From Verrucomicrobiota bacterium (lineage in GTDB: Bacteria > Verrucomicrobiota > Verrucomicrobiia > Opitutales > Cerasicoccaceae): a stretch of 64,000 nucleotides of DNA. The stretch is from assembly GCA_039818205.1 (NCBI GenBank), contig JBCBUK010000012.1, positions 1 through 64,000 on the forward strand. Direction: 5' to 3'. Positions 49,414-59,723 of this stretch are shown here, one piece after another. The notes beneath the pieces were generated by a model. It was not told the DNA's origin, made no database searches, and worked only from the letters and a program-made list of their open reading frames with translations. How positions within the stretch are numbered: position 1 is the stretch's first letter; each line of letters opens with the position of its first letter. The position numbers and the translations under genes were made by a program.

Positions 49414-50043
49414 TCACGCACGAAGGGCCTGAAGCCAAGTTTTCGCCATCAAACCATATCCCGCCGGAGTGGGATGCACGCCGTCGGGAAGCCAATAGTC
49501 CATTTCCTGGCGGCAAGCAGCCGCTGCAAATGCTCCGTCAAATGGGACAAATATGGCGCCATACTCTCGAGCCAGTTGACGGACAACATGAATTTTGGGA
49601 TCCAAATCCGCTCGCCATGCCACCCGATCATCCGGACAGGGGAGCAAGAACGGTTCGCAGATAACCAAATTCACATCTCCCTGCGCCTTAACGGCATCCA
49701 AGATTCTGCGGTAACCCGCTTCAAAGTCTTCGACCCGGGTCGGATCATTGCTGTCGAACGCCCGCCAACAATCATTGACCCCGATTAGTATCGAGAGCCA
49801 GTCCGGCTTCAAATCAAGGCAATCCTCCTGCCAGCGGGCTTCGAGATCGGCAACGCGGTTGCCAGAAATACCCCGATTGAGGATTTTCAAGCCCAACTCT
49901 GGATAGCGAGCTCCCAAAAGAGAGGCGATGATCCGGACGTAGCCACTGCCGAGTCCACCGTCTTCGTCAGTCAGACGACGAGCATCAGTAATACTATCGC
50001 CCTGGAATAAAACTGTTTGGTTGCTTTTAAAGGGGTTTGGCAT
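49414..50043 (-). CDS. SGNH/GDSL hydrolase
   Basis: FQGDSITD, NRGISG, IGVND, DGVHP. Confidence 0.93.
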   Translation of the reverse strand: MPNPFKSNQTVLFQGDSITDARRLTDEDGGLGSGYVRIIASLLGARYPELGLKILNRGISGNRVADLEARWQEDCLDLKPDWLSILIGVNDCWRAFDSNDPTRVEDFEAGYRRILDAVKAQGDVNLVICEPFLLPCPDDRVAWRADLDPKIHVVRQLAREYGAIFVPFDGAFAAAACRQEMDYWLPDGVHPTPAGYGLMAKTWLQALRA

Positions 50044-50195
50044 GTTGCTTGGATGACAGAATTTGGGGCTGGCGAAAAGATCGCATTTCCGCAAATTACG
50101 CTTGGTAAATTCCATAAATAGAATGCCTTGTAAGGTTTCTTCGGTCCACCCGTCAGAAGCTTCGAGCCCTTACGTGAGAAGTAACTAGAAATATT

Positions 50196-50699
50196 ATGCC
50201 GAGTATCATTGAAGACAATATCGTCTGCCTGCGCCAAGGAGAAGCCCTGCTCAACACCTTGGACAATGCTAGCTACGCAAGGCCTCATGAAGTCTGTCAT
50301 GGAAGTTCGATTGGTGGCCACCTGCGACACAACATCGATCATTATTTTTGCTTTTTGCGGGGTCTGGCCACCGGAACCGTCGACTACGACGCCCGGGCGC
50401 GGGATAACCAGCTGGAGCGTTCGATCGAAGCTGCCCAAGCCGCGATTAGCGAAATCATCAATGCATTGAACCAACTAGGTGAGAGCGATCTGGATAAAGA
50501 TATCAATGCGATCATGGACTCTGGAAACGCCGACACCGTTCCCGCTCGCTCGACCGTCCGTCGTGAACTGAAATTCCTGCTAAGCCACACGGTTCACCAC
50601 TACGCCCTGATTTCAACAATCTGCCGATTGGAAGGCCACCTAGCCGATGAGTCATTTGGCGTCGCGCCTTCCACGCTGAAACATCAACTCGCTGATTAG
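50196..50699 (+). CDS. DinB family protein
   Basis: SIGGHLRHNIDHY, YDARARD, RELKFLLSHTVHH. Confidence 0.85.
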   Translation: MPSIIEDNIVCLRQGEALLNTLDNASYARPHEVCHGSSIGGHLRHNIDHYFCFLRGLATGTVDYDARARDNQLERSIEAAQAAISEIINALNQLGESDLDKDINAIMDSGNADTVPARSTVRRELKFLLSHTVHHYALISTICRLEGHLADESFGVAPSTLKHQLAD

Positions 50700-50701
50700 T
50701 C

Positions 50702-51460
50702 ATGTGCACAGCAACCTGGTGGACTGGAGCCGACGGATATGAGCTCTTTTTCAACCGCGACGAGCTAAAGTCGCGGGCTCCCGGCCTACCTCCAAAAAAC
50801 TTCTCATTGAATGGCGTTCGCTATCTGGCACCGATCGACTCCACCGCAGGCGGTACCTGGCTCGTGGTCAATGAGTTCGGTCTAAGCATCTGCCTGATCA
50901 ACCAGTATCCCGACGGAGCCCGCAACCTGGGCGTGCTGCGAATCAGCCGCGGATTGCTGGTTCGATCACTGGCCGATTGCCGGGATTGTCGGGAAGTAAA
51001 GAGTCGCCTGGCGAGAATGGACCTGATTCGCTACGACGCCTTTCTATTGATCGCGGTTGAAGCTAGTGGTGCGGCGTGCACGCATACCTGGGACACCTGG
51101 AATCTGATTTCGGCAGATGAAGCCCAAGGTGCCCAGCCTTTTACGTCTTCGCGCCACATGTCCGCTGATGTCCTTAGAAGCCGGCGCCGACGCTTTGCCG
51201 AGCTCGTAAAACTGCGAGGTGGGGACCCCTCTCCCAATGATCTGCGGGCATTTCACGAATACTACGCTCCAGAAACTGCCGCACATTCCGTCTTTATGAA
51301 CCGCCCGGATGGCGAGACCGTTAGCCTGACCCATGTCGTGGTCAATCATGATCAAATTGTGATCGAGTACGCGCCGCGCCTGCCCGGGGAGTTTCGTTTC
51401 GATCGCGCTACCCAGTTGACGCTCCAACGGGTCGACCTGGGCCTCTCAATCAGCCGATGA
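50702..51460 (+). CDS. NRDE/TANGO2 family protein
   Basis: Starts MCT, FNRDE, AGGTW, SRG. Confidence 0.9.
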   Translation: MCTATWWTGADGYELFFNRDELKSRAPGLPPKNFSLNGVRYLAPIDSTAGGTWLVVNEFGLSICLINQYPDGARNLGVLRISRGLLVRSLADCRDCREVKSRLARMDLIRYDAFLLIAVEASGAACTHTWDTWNLISADEAQGAQPFTSSRHMSADVLRSRRRRFAELVKLRGGDPSPNDLRAFHEYYAPETAAHSVFMNRPDGETVSLTHVVVNHDQIVIEYAPRLPGEFRFDRATQLTLQRVDLGLSISR

Positions 51461-51463
51461 TTT

Positions 51464-54052
51464 ATGTCAAACGGTAAGCGACGCATAGGGCGTTGGATCC
51501 TGCTGGCATATCTCCTCTTACTGGCCGCATCGACCATTGTTCGTTGGAATCTCCCGGCAACGGGAGAGCTGATGCCGGAGCAAGTGCGCGTTTCCTTGCC
51601 GGAATACCGCGGCGAAGAACCCACCGGCGAGACCATTGAAATTGCCTACCGGGACCTGCCAGCCAATCGCCCAGATGCACCCGTCCTGGTCATGATCCAT
51701 GGGAGCCCGATGGGTTCTCAGGCAATGAACAACATGATCGAGCAGCTCCGGGGCGACTACCGCTTAATCGTACCGGACCTACCCGGCTTTGGCGGATCGA
51801 CCCTCAAAGTAGACGATTACTCGGTTTTAACGCACGCGCACAACTTACGTGATCTCCTAGACCACCTACAGATTGACCATGCCCACATTCTTGGCTACAG
51901 CCAAGGCGGCGGGGTCATCTTGGAATTTGCGGACCGCAACCCAGAGATGACGCAATCACTAATCATGGTTGCTGCTATCGGCGTCCAGGAACTTGAGTTA
52001 TTGGGCGACTACACGCTCAACCATGCGATCTACAGCACCCAGTGGCTCCTCTTCTGGCTGCTGGAGAACTTTACTCCGCACTTTGGCTACATCGACGAGG
52101 GACTCCTGAACGTGGCCTATGCGCGGAATTTCTCAGACACGGACCAGCGTCCACTTCGAGGCGCTCTTGAACGCTACGCCGGGCCAATGTTGATCTTGCA
52201 TGGCCAAAATGATGTTTTGGTTCCGCTGGCTGCCGCCGAAGAACACGCACGCCTCGTTCCCCAAAGCAAGTTGGCAGTTGAACCCAACGAGGGGCATATT
52301 TTCCCCTTCACCCATCCCAAGTGGGTCAAGTCGAAGCTCGAGCCGTTTATTAAGAAGATCGAGCGTGGCGAAGCCACTTTGCGATCAACCGTCGAGCAAG
52401 GCTCATCCTCAAACGGTTCCAATCCCGCCGGCCAACTCGCTGCCGCGACGGGCAAGGTGCTGCTTTTCTACTGCATTCTCTTGATCATTGGTACCCTAAT
52501 CTCCGAGGACCTGACATGCATTGCAGCGGGTATCCTTGCCTCCCAAGGCATTATTGGATTCTGGCCCGCAACGGCGGCCTGTCTGGTTGGGATCTTCTTT
52601 GGCGATCTTTGGTTGTTCTACGCCGGGCGCTGGCTGGGCCGCCCCGCAATTAAACGGGCGCCTTTTAAATGGTTTTTGAATGAGCGCGACGTCGACGGTG
52701 CCGAGCAGTGGTTCCATCGGCGTGGGGCAGCGTTGATCTTCTTCACGCGGTTTATTCCGGGTGCCCGCCTACCAACCTACTTTGCGGCTGGAGTACTCCG
52801 TTCCCCACTCAAGAAGTTCATCTTCTACTTCATGCTCGCCGCCGCCATCTGGACCCCTGCGCTGGTCGGACTATCGATGGTGATGGGCCAGACCTTCCTT
52901 GGCTTCTTTGAAAAGTTCGAGAAATGGGCACCACTGGCCTTCGTTGGATTCGTCATCACGATGCTGATGGCGACGCGCATCCTGGCACCACTTCTTACCT
53001 GGGAGGGGCGCCGACTACTTTTATCGCGTTGGCAACGGATGACCAAATGGGAATTTTGGCCGATGTGGGCATTCTATCCACCGGTCTTTTTCTACGTCAT
53101 TTTCCAAGGCTTACGCTACCGCTGCCCGCCCCTGTTCACCGCAGTAAATCCAGCTATGCCCGAGGGAGGATTTTCCGAAGAGTCGAAATCCGCGATATTG
53201 GACGGCCTGAAGGAGGCCGGTGACGTTATCGGGCGCTGGGAATCGATGCCCGCCCTCGGCGAAGATCGCCTCGGCGCTCTGGAGGCGTTTATGAAGCGAG
53301 AGGACCTGACTTACCCAATCGTTTTAAAACCCAACGAAGGCCAGCGAGGCGAAGGTGTCGCGGTGATCAAAGATCGCGAGCAGGCCGCAGACTATCTCAA
53401 TCGCTGCCAACTCAAGGTCATCGCGCAGGAGTTTCTGCCCGGGCGTGAATATGGCATATTTTACTACCGCTACCCCAACCAGGAAACTGGCGTGCTCTGG
53501 GGGATCACTGACAAGCGATTCACCAGTGTTACCGGCGATGGTGAGAATTCCTTGCGCCATCTCATCCTCGCAGACCCACGCGCAGTTTGCGCGGCTCAGT
53601 TTTTCCTCCGTCGACACGCGGAGGACTTGGCAACGGTGCCAGATAAGGACGAAGTTGTGGTGTTGGCCGAGCTAGGCACCCACTGTCGCGGCGCTGTCTT
53701 TCTCGATGGCTCGCACCTGATAACCGACGTTCTCAGCCAAAAAATCGACGAGATCAGCCGCACCTATGATGGGTTTTACTTTGGACGCTACGATGTTCGA
53801 GCCGAGAACGACGAAGCCTTGCAACGGGGCGATTTTCGGGTCATTGAATTAAATGGCGTCACTTCAGAAGCAACCTGGATTTATGACCCCAAACATTCGG
53901 TGTTTTTCGGATGGAAAACTCTCCTGCGCCAATGGAAGATTGCCTTCGAGATCGCTGATCAAAACCGCCGAAACGGCTTCCCACCCGCTAAGTCATCCCA
54001 AGTGCTCTACCTCCTTTTTCACCTGCGCGATCGAGAAGTATTTGAGGCCTAA
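51464..54052 (+). CDS. Fusion: alpha/beta hydrolase + DedA/VTT membrane domain + ATP-grasp domain
   Basis: HGSP, GYSQGG, HGQND, EGH; SEDL, GD, RFIPG; PIVLKPNEGQRG, QEF, GRYDVR, IELNG. Confidence 0.85.
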   Translation: MSNGKRRIGRWILLAYLLLLAASTIVRWNLPATGELMPEQVRVSLPEYRGEEPTGETIEIAYRDLPANRPDAPVLVMIHGSPMGSQAMNNMIEQLRGDYRLIVPDLPGFGGSTLKVDDYSVLTHAHNLRDLLDHLQIDHAHILGYSQGGGVILEFADRNPEMTQSLIMVAAIGVQELELLGDYTLNHAIYSTQWLLFWLLENFTPHFGYIDEGLLNVAYARNFSDTDQRPLRGALERYAGPMLILHGQNDVLVPLAAAEEHARLVPQSKLAVEPNEGHIFPFTHPKWVKSKLEPFIKKIERGEATLRSTVEQGSSSNGSNPAGQLAAATGKVLLFYCILLIIGTLISEDLTCIAAGILASQGIIGFWPATAACLVGIFFGDLWLFYAGRWLGRPAIKRAPFKWFLNERDVDGAEQWFHRRGAALIFFTRFIPGARLPTYFAAGVLRSPLKKFIFYFMLAAAIWTPALVGLSMVMGQTFLGFFEKFEKWAPLAFVGFVITMLMATRILAPLLTWEGRRLLLSRWQRMTKWEFWPMWAFYPPVFFYVIFQGLRYRCPPLFTAVNPAMPEGGFSEESKSAILDGLKEAGDVIGRWESMPALGEDRLGALEAFMKREDLTYPIVLKPNEGQRGEGVAVIKDREQAADYLNRCQLKVIAQEFLPGREYGIFYYRYPNQETGVLWGITDKRFTSVTGDGENSLRHLILADPRAVCAAQFFLRRHAEDLATVPDKDEVVVLAELGTHCRGAVFLDGSHLITDVLSQKIDEISRTYDGFYFGRYDVRAENDEALQRGDFRVIELNGVTSEATWIYDPKHSVFFGWKTLLRQWKIAFEIADQNRRNGFPPAKSSQVLYLLFHLRDREVFEA

Positions 54053-54057
54053 TTACT

Positions 54058-54627
54058 ATGGACCCGAACTACGATCCAGATGCTGCCCCTAGTCTCCACC
54101 AAGCACTGATGGAACGAGACTTTGCTCGAGCACGCGAGTTCCTCAGCAGTGGAGAGTCTCTCGATGACATCATCGAAGACGATGGTTACACCTTCCTCCA
54201 TGTAGCCGCCGCCGAGGGCGATATGGAAATGGTCCAATTTTTCCTGAATCACGGTTGTCCCAAGTCACTAGAAAACTTCAATGAAATCAACCAAACGCCG
54301 CTTATCGCCGCGGCGTCCAACGGACAACTAACGGTGATAAAGCTTCTCCTAGCGAATGGCGCTAAAGTGAATGCCAATGATGAAGAGAGGATCGGCAACA
54401 CGGCGATACGGGAAGCCGTTTATGGCGGCCATGCCAGCGTGGTTGAAGAACTCCTCAATCAGGGAGCAGATCCAACGATTCCGGGATGGATGGCAATGAG
54501 CGCCGTCGACCAGGCATTCTATACGATTGAGGGAGGGATGAACTCAACAGTCGCTCAAACGATTCAGAGTCTTCTTATGCAATTCCCGAGCAATATTAAA
54601 GACCGCTACCTCAATGAGAACGCCTGA
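54058..54627 (+). CDS. Ankyrin repeat protein
   Basis: GYTFLHVAA, QTPLIAAA, GNTAIREA, GADPT. Confidence 0.88.
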   Translation: MDPNYDPDAAPSLHQALMERDFARAREFLSSGESLDDIIEDDGYTFLHVAAAEGDMEMVQFFLNHGCPKSLENFNEINQTPLIAAASNGQLTVIKLLLANGAKVNANDEERIGNTAIREAVYGGHASVVEELLNQGADPTIPGWMAMSAVDQAFYTIEGGMNSTVAQTIQSLLMQFPSNIKDRYLNENA

Positions 54628-54646
54628 TCGGCATCACAAAAATACC

Positions 54647-55213
54647 TTAGGCAAAGTCACGACGAAATCGACGTGCTTCGCGGATGTAGAAGCGCTCGAG
54701 ATGGCGCACGACCTCCGACATTGGCTGGGAATCCGTATAAAAACACGCTCCCGCGCTCAGGTAAATTGGCTCACGCTCGGCTAGCAGCTCGCGGATGCGT
54801 TTACGTGGGTCCGGCACATTTAAAAGCGGTCGATTGGCGTTCCCGCTCGTGCGTTCCAAGATCGTGTCTGGGCTGGCAAACAGGCAGGCGACCAAGCCAC
54901 GCTTTTTCAGCTCATCAATCATCCCTGGAGCCATCACCAACCCGCCGCCGCAGGAAACCACGCAGTTTTTCTCGGGATGGCCGCCCTCGACAAACGAGCG
55001 TTCTAGCCCGCGAAAGTGCCCTTCGCCATCGGCTTTGAAAATTTCTGGGATACTCTTTCCCTGATCCGTCTCGATGGCCTTGTCGGAGTCGATGTGTTGC
55101 ATCTTCATCCGGCGCGCAAACGCACGTCCCACGGTGCTCTTACCCGTACCCATAAAACCCACCAAATATAGATTTGGTCGGACTTCGGCCGGATTGCGTT
55201 TCGCGGAGATCAT
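54647..55213 (-). CDS. aroK: Shikimate kinase
   Basis: GFMGTGKSTVG, SCGGG, RPLL; likely start ATG 55213. Confidence 0.92.
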   Translation of the reverse strand: MISAKRNPAEVRPNLYLVGFMGTGKSTVGRAFARRMKMQHIDSDKAIETDQGKSIPEIFKADGEGHFRGLERSFVEGGHPEKNCVVSCGGGLVMAPGMIDELKKRGLVACLFASPDTILERTSGNANRPLLNVPDPRKRIRELLAEREPIYLSAGACFYTDSQPMSEVVRHLERFYIREARRFRRDFA

Positions 55214-55441
55214 AATGAGATTGATTCCTAGAACTTGTTGGCCCGGACGCCAGGTGCAAGATCTATTGTCCGTCAACCAGTATTGAATCGTGGGCAAGAT
55301 TAGAATGGTTGCAGTTGGATACTCAATGCTATGAGGTTCAATTGCGGAAATGCATTTTCAGTAAGAGTTTAGCTAATGCATGGCATAAAAGGCGCTTGTC
55401 GCTTGAAAAGCCATGCATTCGAGTCATCTTTAAAATTAGCT

Positions 55442-56602
55442 ATGCCAGTTAGTGCTCCCACAAAGTCCCAAACGGACGCCAAGTCTCTCGGCCGCCATCG
55501 ATCCAGCAACGGGCCTCTCGAAATCCTACTACCGCTCGAAGAAGAACTCCACGCGTGCATCACGATGGAAGTCAAGGAGCTCGAGGACCGCATTACCGAG
55601 CACCCGACGCTCAAACCGGCATGGCAGGTGTTAAAAGCTTTTCTGCGGAGGCCCGGTAAACGGGTTAGACCATCGCTGTTCTTGTTAAGTTACAGCATGT
55701 TTGATGGGCGCAAAGCTCCCCCGCCCCGCGCTGCTTTCCGCGTGGCCGGAGCACTGGAAATTTTTCATGCCTTTGCCCTCGTCCATGACGACCTCATCGA
55801 CTGCTCGGACTCGCGCCGCGGTAAACCAACCCTTCACCGTGGCCTAGAGGCAAACGTAACCAGCTGCGCCCGCAATGCAGAAAGCCTGGCGCTGGTCTTG
55901 GGCGATATTCTTTTCGGTTTTGCGATGGAGTGCTTCCTCGATCCCGATCTACCTGGACCTCCGAGCCAAACCGCTATGCGCTACTTCTTGCGCATCGCCC
56001 AAGAAACTGGCATCGGGCAAGCCGCAGAGATCTCCATGCTCGACCAGACACTGGGCGACGTTCGAGAAGCGGATATATTGCGGACTTATCATTTAAAAAC
56101 GACCCGCTACACGGTCGAATGTCCTTTGGTTTTGGGTGCCATTCTTGCCGGTGGTAGCCATGAGGCACAATCTGACCTGAAAAGCTTTGCTAGCCCACTC
56201 GGATTGGCGTTTCAGATGGAGAATGATCTGCACGAAGTCGAACTCCTTCCCGATGTGGCCCCTGAGCTCGCCTATGATTTTCGATGTGGCGTAAAAACGT
56301 TGGCCATTAAGCGTCTCCATGACGCGCTGCCGACGAAGAAACGTCAAATCCTCGTCGAGTCCCTGAAAGTTGCTGACACGCCGGAAGGAGTTACCCGGCT
56401 CGCTAAACTGGTCGAAGATTCCGGGATCATTAAAGAACTTCGACAAGAAATTCGCCAACATTTCATGGAAGCCCGCAAAACGCTGCAGGAGTCCTCTCTA
56501 CCGCAGGCTCAAGTCGCATTTCTAGAGTCCGTTGTATCGTTTATCCAAAAGAATCGTCATCATTCGGAATCTGTTGAGGTTCCATCCGCACAAAGCGCCT
56601 AG
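55442..56602 (+). CDS. Polyprenyl synthetase family protein with atypical second Asp-rich motif
   Basis: GKRVRP, LVHDDLID..RRGKPT, GQ, KT; second motif reads FQMENDLHE. Confidence 0.85.
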   Translation: MPVSAPTKSQTDAKSLGRHRSSNGPLEILLPLEEELHACITMEVKELEDRITEHPTLKPAWQVLKAFLRRPGKRVRPSLFLLSYSMFDGRKAPPPRAAFRVAGALEIFHAFALVHDDLIDCSDSRRGKPTLHRGLEANVTSCARNAESLALVLGDILFGFAMECFLDPDLPGPPSQTAMRYFLRIAQETGIGQAAEISMLDQTLGDVREADILRTYHLKTTRYTVECPLVLGAILAGGSHEAQSDLKSFASPLGLAFQMENDLHEVELLPDVAPELAYDFRCGVKTLAIKRLHDALPTKKRQILVESLKVADTPEGVTRLAKLVEDSGIIKELRQEIRQHFMEARKTLQESSLPQAQVAFLESVVSFIQKNRHHSESVEVPSAQSA

Positions 56603-56661
56603 GGAAACGACTCCCCGGAATCCGCTTGCGGATTGCCGATCGATGATGTTCTAATGGTTCC

Positions 56662-57105
56662 ATGTTGAACGATGTTGAAGAAGTCGAGATCAAGGGAGTA
56701 ATGCCAACATCCAATGGGTGTGCGGTCTTCCTAGGTTGCGAGGAAAAAACATTTGTCATCTACGTAGATCAGGGAATCGGCAACGCCATCTCCATGACGA
56801 TCAATCATGTGAAGAAAGAGCGCCCCCTTACTCACGACCTGATCAACAGTATCTTCAAGGGCTTTAGCGTTGGGGTTGAGCGCGTGGTGATCAATGATGT
56901 CGACGAGGGCACCTTCTTTGCACGTTTGATTTTAAGTATGGATAATGAGCTGGGTAAGAAGATTGTCGAAGTCGATGCCCGCCCCAGTGATTCCATTGTT
57001 CTTGCCCTCCAGGCAGAGAAACCGATTTATGCGGCACGTAAGGTCATTGACGGTGTCGAGGACATGACTGAAATCCTGGAACGGATTCTGAAACAGCAGG
57101 AGTGA
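56662..57105 (+). CDS. Bifunctional nuclease family (DUF151) protein
   Basis: RPLTHDL, TFFARL, DARPSDS. Confidence 0.9.
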   Translation: MLNDVEEVEIKGVMPTSNGCAVFLGCEEKTFVIYVDQGIGNAISMTINHVKKERPLTHDLINSIFKGFSVGVERVVINDVDEGTFFARLILSMDNELGKKIVEVDARPSDSIVLALQAEKPIYAARKVIDGVEDMTEILERILKQQE

Positions 57106-57198
57106 ACGGCAACTGAATTGAAAAACCGCACCAGCACCCCGTATTCCCTATCAGTAACTAGGTACGGGATGCGCGAATTGCCTAGTATTAGAGACAAG

Positions 57199-58302
57199 AT
57201 GAAGCCCCTGCCCGAATCATTAATTGCCGGCCAGCCACCAACGGCGTTAGCCCCAATGCAGGACGTGACCACCCGGCCATTTATGGCCATCGTGAATCAG
57301 TTCGGCCCACCCGACCTCTTCTTCACGGAGTACTTTCGCGTTCATGAACACTCGCGGCCCGAGGCTCATATTCTTGAATCAATCGATGACAACCCCAGCG
57401 ATCGCCCAGTCTTCGCCCAGTTGATTGGTGAGGATATCGAACACATGCAGCGCACGGTGCGGCTACTCTTGGAACACCCCGTTGCCGGAATCGATCTCAA
57501 TATGGGCTGCCCTGCCCCAAAGGTTTACAAAAAGAATGTGGGCGGCGGACTTCTCCGCGACCCACAAAAAATTGACCGTCTGCTTGGCGCACTACGGGAA
57601 GTCTGCCCCGGGCGCTTCACGGTAAAAATGCGAATCGGCTTCGACAACACGGATCCCTACAAGGAAGTGTTGAGCCTGATCAACAAACACGACGTTGATT
57701 TGCTAAGCGTGCATGGCCGAACGGTGAAAGGCATGTATCGCAGCGAGGTGGACTACGACTGCATTCGTCAGGCGGTCGACCACGTCGAGTGCCCCGTCTT
57801 GGCCAATGGTGATGTCTCTTCGGTCGCCAAGGGTCAGTGGGTGCTTGACCACACGGGAGCACACGGACTAATGATCGGGAGACACGCGATTCGCAATCCA
57901 TGGATTTTCCGGCAATTGCGCGAACACTTTGCAAAGCAAAGTATATTTCAACCTAAATTGAGTGACGTCCGCACTTACGTTGACTTGCTTTGGAAAGAAA
58001 CCCGCAAAGGGCGACACGATGAAAATCGACACGTCGCCTACCTTAAAAAATTCCTTAATTTCGTTGGCCAGAGTGTTGATGCCGAAGGAGCATTTCTTCG
58101 GGCAATGCGCCGCGCTCGTACTCCAGAAGAATTCTTTGCGGTGTGCGACGAGCACCTGATCGACAATGGCCACGCCGAGCAACCGTTATCCCCCGAGCCG
58201 TACCCCGGACTCGTGGCGCGCCCCAATCGCGAAGCGGCAGTCGGGCCATCGGCGAGCAAATCTGGAGAACTCACCGAGTGCAGCTTGGACAACGCCACTT
58301 AA
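57199..58302 (+). CDS. tRNA-dihydrouridine synthase family protein
   Basis: LAPM, DLNMGCP, VKMRIG, VHGRT, ANGDV, MIGR; start 57169 or 57199. Confidence 0.9.
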   Translation: MKPLPESLIAGQPPTALAPMQDVTTRPFMAIVNQFGPPDLFFTEYFRVHEHSRPEAHILESIDDNPSDRPVFAQLIGEDIEHMQRTVRLLLEHPVAGIDLNMGCPAPKVYKKNVGGGLLRDPQKIDRLLGALREVCPGRFTVKMRIGFDNTDPYKEVLSLINKHDVDLLSVHGRTVKGMYRSEVDYDCIRQAVDHVECPVLANGDVSSVAKGQWVLDHTGAHGLMIGRHAIRNPWIFRQLREHFAKQSIFQPKLSDVRTYVDLLWKETRKGRHDENRHVAYLKKFLNFVGQSVDAEGAFLRAMRRARTPEEFFAVCDEHLIDNGHAEQPLSPEPYPGLVARPNREAAVGPSASKSGELTECSLDNAT

Positions 58303-58335
58303 GGTGATAAGTCTACAAAGGCTCGACTTATTCCG

Positions 58336-59151
58336 ATGGCACGCAAGAAACCTACTATGCTCCTGCAAATTATCAACGGCGTCGTCATCGGATCGCTCGT
58401 GGCTTACCTCGGCCTTTGCCTTTTTGCGATTTTCTTTGCAAATCGCATGATCTTTCCTGCCCCCGAGCCGAGCTACACCGATAGCAAGGAATACGTGAAG
58501 CTACCCCTGCGTTCCGGCAAGGAGATCACGACGCTCTACCTGGAGAATCCGGATGCGGAATTTACGATCCTCTACAGCCACGGGAATGGCGAAGACTTGG
58601 GCACGATCCGCCCCTTCCTTGAAGATCTCCGCCGGCGCGGTTTTTCGGTCATGGCCTATGACTATCCTGGCTACGGGACCAGCGAAGGTCGCCCAACCGA
58701 GCAAAGCTGCCTTGAGGCGATCGCAGCCGTGTTTAGCTATCTAGTCGTTCTACGTGACGTTGAGCCCGATAAAATCATTTTATTTGGGCGCTCGTTAGGT
58801 GGCGGCCCAACCATCGCACTTGCGTCCAAGAAAGTCGTTGCCGGCGTCATTACGGATGGCACTTACAGCAGCACGTTCCGTGTCGTCACAAAGCGCAAAC
58901 TCTTGCCGTGGGACGTTTTTGATAACCTGGCCGTTATCGACGAAATCAACTGTCCCATCCTGATCATGCATGGAACCGAGGATGGCACCGTCCCGTTCGC
59001 CCACGCCGAGGACCTCTTCGAGAAGGCGAAGGACCCGAAATACAAGCTGTTTATCGAAGGAGCAAACCACAACAATTTGGTTGAATTGGCGGGAAGCCGG
59101 TATTGGGATGCCATTGAGTCCTTTACTGAATCTTTATCCAAACCCCAATGA
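58336..59151 (+). CDS. Alpha/beta hydrolase (ABHD17/Bem46-like)
   Basis: SHGNGED, DYPGYG, GRSLGG, HGTED, NHN. Confidence 0.9.
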   Translation: MARKKPTMLLQIINGVVIGSLVAYLGLCLFAIFFANRMIFPAPEPSYTDSKEYVKLPLRSGKEITTLYLENPDAEFTILYSHGNGEDLGTIRPFLEDLRRRGFSVMAYDYPGYGTSEGRPTEQSCLEAIAAVFSYLVVLRDVEPDKIILFGRSLGGGPTIALASKKVVAGVITDGTYSSTFRVVTKRKLLPWDVFDNLAVIDEINCPILIMHGTEDGTVPFAHAEDLFEKAKDPKYKLFIEGANHNNLVELAGSRYWDAIESFTESLSKPQ

Positions 59152-59705
59152 GTCAATCTGCCCTCGTTATCTTGCACCCAGGCTTTGAGGAGATGGAAGC
59201 CGTTGCGCCCATCGACATTCTACGCCGTGGCGAGATCTCCGTCACCGTTGCATCACTCTCCACCGAGCGATTAGTTACCGGTAAAAACAGTGTTTCCATC
59301 CAAACCGATGCCCTACTCGACGAGGTGCTAGACAATGCTTTTGACATGCTGGTTTTACCTGGCGGCCCCGGAGTAAACCAAGGGCTGCGCCAAGATCCCC
59401 GTGTCCAGTCCATGGTCCAGCAGCAGCTGGCCGCTGGCCGGAAAGTTGCTGCCATATGTGCAGCACCACTAGTACTCTTAGACGCCGGAGTCTTGACCGG
59501 TAAAGCTTACACGGCTCACTTCACAACCGAGAATGAGCTTCCGGGACGCGATACCACAGCGGCCGTAGTCGTTGATGGACAAATCACCACTTCACAAGGC
59601 GCCGGAACCGCCACCGCATTCAGCTTGCAGGTGCTCGCCGAGCTCACGGAAACATCGACGGCCGCAAAGATCGCGGAGTCGATCTGCCTGCAGGCTCCTC
59701 AGTAA
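59148..59705 (+). CDS. DJ-1/PfpI family protein (YajL/ThiJ-like)
   Basis: GFEEME, LPGG, AICAAP, TSQGAGT. Confidence 0.92.
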   Translation: MSQSALVILHPGFEEMEAVAPIDILRRGEISVTVASLSTERLVTGKNSVSIQTDALLDEVLDNAFDMLVLPGGPGVNQGLRQDPRVQSMVQQQLAAGRKVAAICAAPLVLLDAGVLTGKAYTAHFTTENELPGRDTTAAVVVDGQITTSQGAGTATAFSLQVLAELTETSTAAKIAESICLQAPQ

Positions 59706-59723
59706 ACCCAATTCTAGACGACC

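Noticed and set aside
55381..55396. Possible sigma-54 promoter TGGCAT-N7-GC
   Set aside because: Lacks the TTGC -12 element.
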